Below the pieces are notes generated by a model that saw only the letters and a program-made list of their open reading frames with translations, ran no database searches and was not told the DNA's origin. A stretch of DNA of 64,000 nt, taken from contig CALMYH010000002.1 of NCBI GenBank assembly GCA_937873395.1, positions 1,961-65,960 of the forward strand, given 5' to 3'. Source of the DNA: an uncultured Burkholderiales bacterium (lineage in GTDB: Bacteria > Pseudomonadota > Gammaproteobacteria > Burkholderiales > Burkholderiaceae_C). The position numbers and the translations under genes are program-made. Below, piece by piece: positions 60,944 through 64,000 of the stretch (positions within the stretch are counted from its first letter, which is position 1; every line of letters starts with the position of its first letter).

Positions 60944-61705
60944 ATGCGCACCCGGTTCATCCTGATCGAAACCAGCCACGCCGGCAATGTGGGCGGCACT
61001 GCCCGCGCCCTCAAGGTCATGGGTTTCGATGACCTGGTCCTGGTGGCGCCCCGATGGGCCAATGTGCTGCGGCGCGAGGAAACCATCCAGCGCGCCAGCG
61101 GGGCCACCGACGTGCTGGCCGCTGCCCGTATCGTCGACACCCTGGACGAGGCCCTGGACGGCATCAGCCACCTGTGCGCCACGGCCATGACGCCGCGCGA
61201 CTTCGGCCCGCCGACCCGGTCGCCGCGCGAGCACTTCCAGCAGTTGCTGGCTGATGGTCCGGCAGAGGCCGAAGGCGGTGCCTCAGCCCGTCCTGCTGGC
61301 ATCGCGTTCCTGTTCGGGTCCGAGCGATTCGGCATGCGCAACGAGGATGTCTACCGCTGCCACGTTTGCCTGAGCATTCCGACCAACCCTGGCTTTGGCT
61401 CGCTCAATCTGGCGGCGGCGGTGCAGCTTATTGCCTACGACTGGCGCCTGGCCCTGGGGGGATTCGGCGGGTCGACGGCGCAGCCTGTGCGTCCGGCGGC
61501 CGACGCGGCTGCGGTCAGCGGCATGCTGGCCCACCTGGAGCAGGCGCTGGTGGCGATCGACTTTCTCGACCCGTCCGCGCCCAAGAAGCTCATGCCACGC
61601 TTGAACCAGATGTTCAACCGCGCTGCATTGCAGGAAGAGGAAATCCACATTCTCCGTGGTGTGGCCAAGGCCATGCTGGAGACCGCCGCCAGGTCCAGGC
61701 GGTAG
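60944..61705 (+). CDS. trmJ: SpoU-family tRNA 2'-O-methyltransferase (TrmJ-like)
   Basis: It has [23 protein letters not shown] and the C-terminal SPOUT knot motifs SLNLAAAV. It is divergent from suhB. Confidence 0.85.
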   Translation: MRTRFILIETSHAGNVGGTARALKVMGFDDLVLVAPRWANVLRREETIQRASGATDVLAAARIVDTLDEALDGISHLCATAMTPRDFGPPTRSPREHFQQLLADGPAEAEGGASARPAGIAFLFGSERFGMRNEDVYRCHVCLSIPTNPGFGSLNLAAAVQLIAYDWRLALGGFGGSTAQPVRPAADAAAVSGMLAHLEQALVAIDFLDPSAPKKLMPRLNQMFNRAALQEEEIHILRGVAKAMLETAARSRR

Positions 61706-61734
61706 ACTGCAAGCCCAACCCGAACCCAAAGAAC

Positions 61735-62508
61735 ATGTTTGCCCGCCTCCGCTCCGACATCCAGTGCATCCTTGAGCGCGACCCTGCCGCGCGCAGCACC
61801 TGGGAGGTCATCACCTGCTACCCCGGCCTGCATGCCATCTGGCTGCACCGGCCGGCGCACTGGTGCTGGAACCACGGGCTCAAGTGGCTGGGGCGTTTCA
61901 TCTCGCACCTGGCCCGCTGGTTGACGGGTATCGAGATCCACCCGGGTGCGAAGATCGGCGAGCGGGTCTTTTTCGATCATGCCATGGGCACGGTGGTGGG
62001 TGAGACCGCCGAAATCGGCGACGGTTGCACCATCTACCAGGGCGTCACCCTGGGCGGGACTTCGCTCTACAAGGGCACCAAGCGGCACCCCACACTGGGC
62101 CGTGACGTGGTGGTGAGCGCGGGCGCCAAGGTGCTGGGCGGCTTCGAGGTGGGCGACGGCGCCAAGATCGGCAGCAATGCGGTGGTCATCAAGCCAGTGC
62201 CGGCGGGCGCCACAGCGGTCGGCATACCGGCGCGCATCATCCCGAGCAAGCAGGGGGAAAGTGCCGACGTCACCGAAGAAACCAAGCCCAAGTTCCAGGC
62301 CTACGGCATCACGCAGGAAGACGACCCGCTGTCACAGGCCATGCGCGGCCTGATCGACAAGACGGGCAGCCAGGAACACCAGATCGCGCTGCTCTGGCAG
62401 GCGATCGAAAAGCTGGCCTGTGCCCAGCGCGGCGACTGCGTGCCCGACGACGCGGCGCGGGAAGAACACTTCGAGGCCGACAAGCTCAATCAGCTGGTCG
62501 GCAAGTGA
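61735..62508 (+). CDS. cysE: Serine O-acetyltransferase
   Basis: It contains ILERDPAA and hexapeptide repeats ([17 protein letters not shown]). Confidence 0.9.
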   Translation: MFARLRSDIQCILERDPAARSTWEVITCYPGLHAIWLHRPAHWCWNHGLKWLGRFISHLARWLTGIEIHPGAKIGERVFFDHAMGTVVGETAEIGDGCTIYQGVTLGGTSLYKGTKRHPTLGRDVVVSAGAKVLGGFEVGDGAKIGSNAVVIKPVPAGATAVGIPARIIPSKQGESADVTEETKPKFQAYGITQEDDPLSQAMRGLIDKTGSQEHQIALLWQAIEKLACAQRGDCVPDDAAREEHFEADKLNQLVGK

Positions 62509-62985
62509 TCAGTGTTGGTGGCCGTGGGCCCCGTGGGCATGGCCGTGCGCGATTTCCTCGGCTGAGGCCGCACGCACTTCCAGCACCTTGAGTTGCAGGG
62601 TGAGGGTCTGGCCGGCCAGCGGGTGGTTGCCGTCCAGATGCACCACCGGCCCTTTGATCTTGACCACGTTGAACACCGCTTGCCGACCCTGGTCGTCCGT
62701 ACCCTGCAACTGTCCGCCTACCTTCACGCCCGGTGGAAAGTCGCTGCGTGCAATGGTCGTCACCAGCGATTCGTCGCGTTCACCGAAGGCATCGTCCGGC
62801 GGCAGGGTGACGGTGGCCTGGTAGCCGGCCGCCTGTCCTTCCAGCGCCTTTTCGATGCCGGGCAGGGTGTTGCCGTAGCCGCCATGCAGGTAAGAGCGCG
62901 GGGTCTTGCCATCTTCCAGCAGTCTGCCATGGGCGTCAGTGGCGCGGAAGCTGAGGGTGACGACGGTGTCTTTGGTGATGTTCAT
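62509..62985 (-). CDS. slyD: FKBP-type peptidyl-prolyl isomerase SlyD with a His-rich tail
   Basis: It has FKBP and IF-domain patterns. The C-terminus reads HGHAHGAHGHQH. The start is at MNITKDT. Confidence 0.88.
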   Translation of the reverse strand: MNITKDTVVTLSFRATDAHGRLLEDGKTPRSYLHGGYGNTLPGIEKALEGQAAGYQATVTLPPDDAFGERDESLVTTIARSDFPPGVKVGGQLQGTDDQGRQAVFNVVKIKGPVVHLDGNHPLAGQTLTLQLKVLEVRAASAEEIAHGHAHGAHGHQH

Positions 62986-63005
62986 TCGGATGTCCCGGAA
63001 GGTAC

Positions 63006-63605
63006 TCAGCGCACGGGGCGGATGGCCGATTTCGGTCGAAACGCCTTGCAGATCTCGTCGTGGGTCTCCAGGTAGGGACCACCGATGAGGTCGATGCAGT
63101 AGGGCACGGCGGCGAAGATGCCGCCCACACGCACCGAGCCATCGGGGTTGCGGGCGCCTTCCAGCGTTTCGGCAATGGCCTTGGGCTGGCCGGGCAGGTT
63201 GATGATCAGGCTGCGGTCCCGCACGACGGCCACCTGGCGCGAGAGGATGGCGGTGGGGACAAAAGCCAGGCCGATCTGGCGCATCTGTTCGCCAAAGCCG
63301 GGCATTTCCTTGTGGGCCACGGCCAAGGTGGCTTCGGGTGTGACGTCCCTCAGGGCGGGGCCGGTGCCGCCGGTGGTCAGGACCAGAGCGCAACCCGCGT
63401 TCACCAGTTCGATCAGGGTCTGGCTGATGAGGGCCTGCTCGTCGGGGATCAGGCGGGGCTCGAAATGGATCGGGTTCTTCAGGGCCCGGGTCAGCCAGTC
63501 CTGCAGGGCGGGCAGGCCCTTGTCTTCGTAGACCCCGCTGCTGGCGCGGTCGCTGATGGACACGATGCCGATGCGCACGGGGTCGAAGCTGGTGTGCTCG
63601 CTCAT
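63006..63605 (-). CDS. mog: Molybdopterin adenylyltransferase MogA
   Basis: It contains IGIVSISDRAS and LVLTTGGTGPALRD. The start overlaps the stop of the upstream gene. Confidence 0.88.
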   Translation of the reverse strand: MSEHTSFDPVRIGIVSISDRASSGVYEDKGLPALQDWLTRALKNPIHFEPRLIPDEQALISQTLIELVNAGCALVLTTGGTGPALRDVTPEATLAVAHKEMPGFGEQMRQIGLAFVPTAILSRQVAVVRDRSLIINLPGQPKAIAETLEGARNPDGSVRVGGIFAAVPYCIDLIGGPYLETHDEICKAFRPKSAIRPVR

Positions 63606-64000
63606 GGGGTGGTTTCCTCGCCGGTGTCCTTGTCGTCGCCAACCTCGCGCTCGGCCAGGGCAGCACGCACGATCTGGAAGATCTCGCGGTAGGCGCGGCC
63701 GTGGCGCTGGGCTTCGCCTGGACGTTCCTGGGCGGCGCTGGCCTGGGCGTCCTTGCGGGCCTGGCGAATCAGCGTACGCAAGTGCTGGACATCGGCGTCC
63801 GGGTGCGTGTCCAGCCAGTCGGTCAGGGCGCCGTCGTCCAGGATCAGTCGGTCGCGCCATTGTTCGGCCTGGTGCAGGGCCAGGGTTTCTCGGGCCGAGG
63901 GCTTGCGCTGTTCTTCCAGCGTCGCCTCGACATCGGCGATGACCTCGGGTTCCAGGGCGCGCATGAGCTTGCCGATGAACTGCATCTGCCGGCGCCGGCC
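63602..64000 (-). CDS. yjgA: Ribosome-associated protein YjgA/DarP (DUF615), N-terminus outside the window
   Basis: The segment GRRRQMQFIGKLMR...HPDADVQHLRTLIRQARKD matches the YjgA pattern. The frame stays open to the window end. Confidence 0.8.
   Translation of the reverse strand, partial: GRRRQMQFIGKLMRALEPEVIADVEATLEEQRKPSARETLALHQAEQWRDRLILDDGALTDWLDTHPDADVQHLRTLIRQARKDAQASAAQERPGEAQRHGRAYREIFQIVRAALAEREVGDDKDTGEETTP

Overview
This is a high-GC chromosomal segment that looks betaproteobacterial. The Comamonadaceae-like call is inference from a Bug-family binding protein, the pmd/lig gene order and the GC content. Nearly all of the window is coding. In order it contains:
- **1-2.8 kb:** the grpE-dnaK-dnaJ heat-shock operon with sigma-32-type promoters.
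- **4.3-14.5 kb:** a divergent Crp/Fnr + MarR regulator pair. It faces a single plus-strand operon that fuses a TauABC-like ABC importer, a TauD/TfdA-family Fe(II)/2-oxoglutarate dioxygenase, a CoA-acylating aldehyde dehydrogenase, a full set of bacterial microcompartment (BMC) shell genes (BMC-T, BMC-P, BMC-H, BMC-T), an uncharacterised NTF2-like/Cys-rich protein and a TauE/SafE sulfite exporter.
- **14.5-40.3 kb:** a contiguous lignin-aromatic funnel. It runs from a CoA-dependent beta-oxidative hydroxycinnamate operon, through vanAB + MarR and a TRAP transporter with two tandem DctP paralogs, to LysR plus the protocatechuate 4,5-cleavage operon ligJKIABC.
- **40.4-64 kb:** a PXPV/His-rich secreted protein, a 2TM-LytS-LytTR module, a MacAB-like efflux set, uppP, an MFS transporter, a PAS kinase, mutS translationally coupled to an Anbu proteasome homolog, a frameshifted multi-PAS/GAF kinase, and suhB, trmJ, cysE, slyD, mog and yjgA.

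The main finding is the BMC locus. It appears to be an oxygen-dependent, sulfonate- or sulfate-ester-cleaving metabolosome. Both its dioxygenase and its aldehyde dehydrogenase carry C-terminal tails that look like encapsulation peptides. I know of no experimentally characterised BMC of this type. I saw no rRNA, tRNA, CRISPR array or obvious mobile element.
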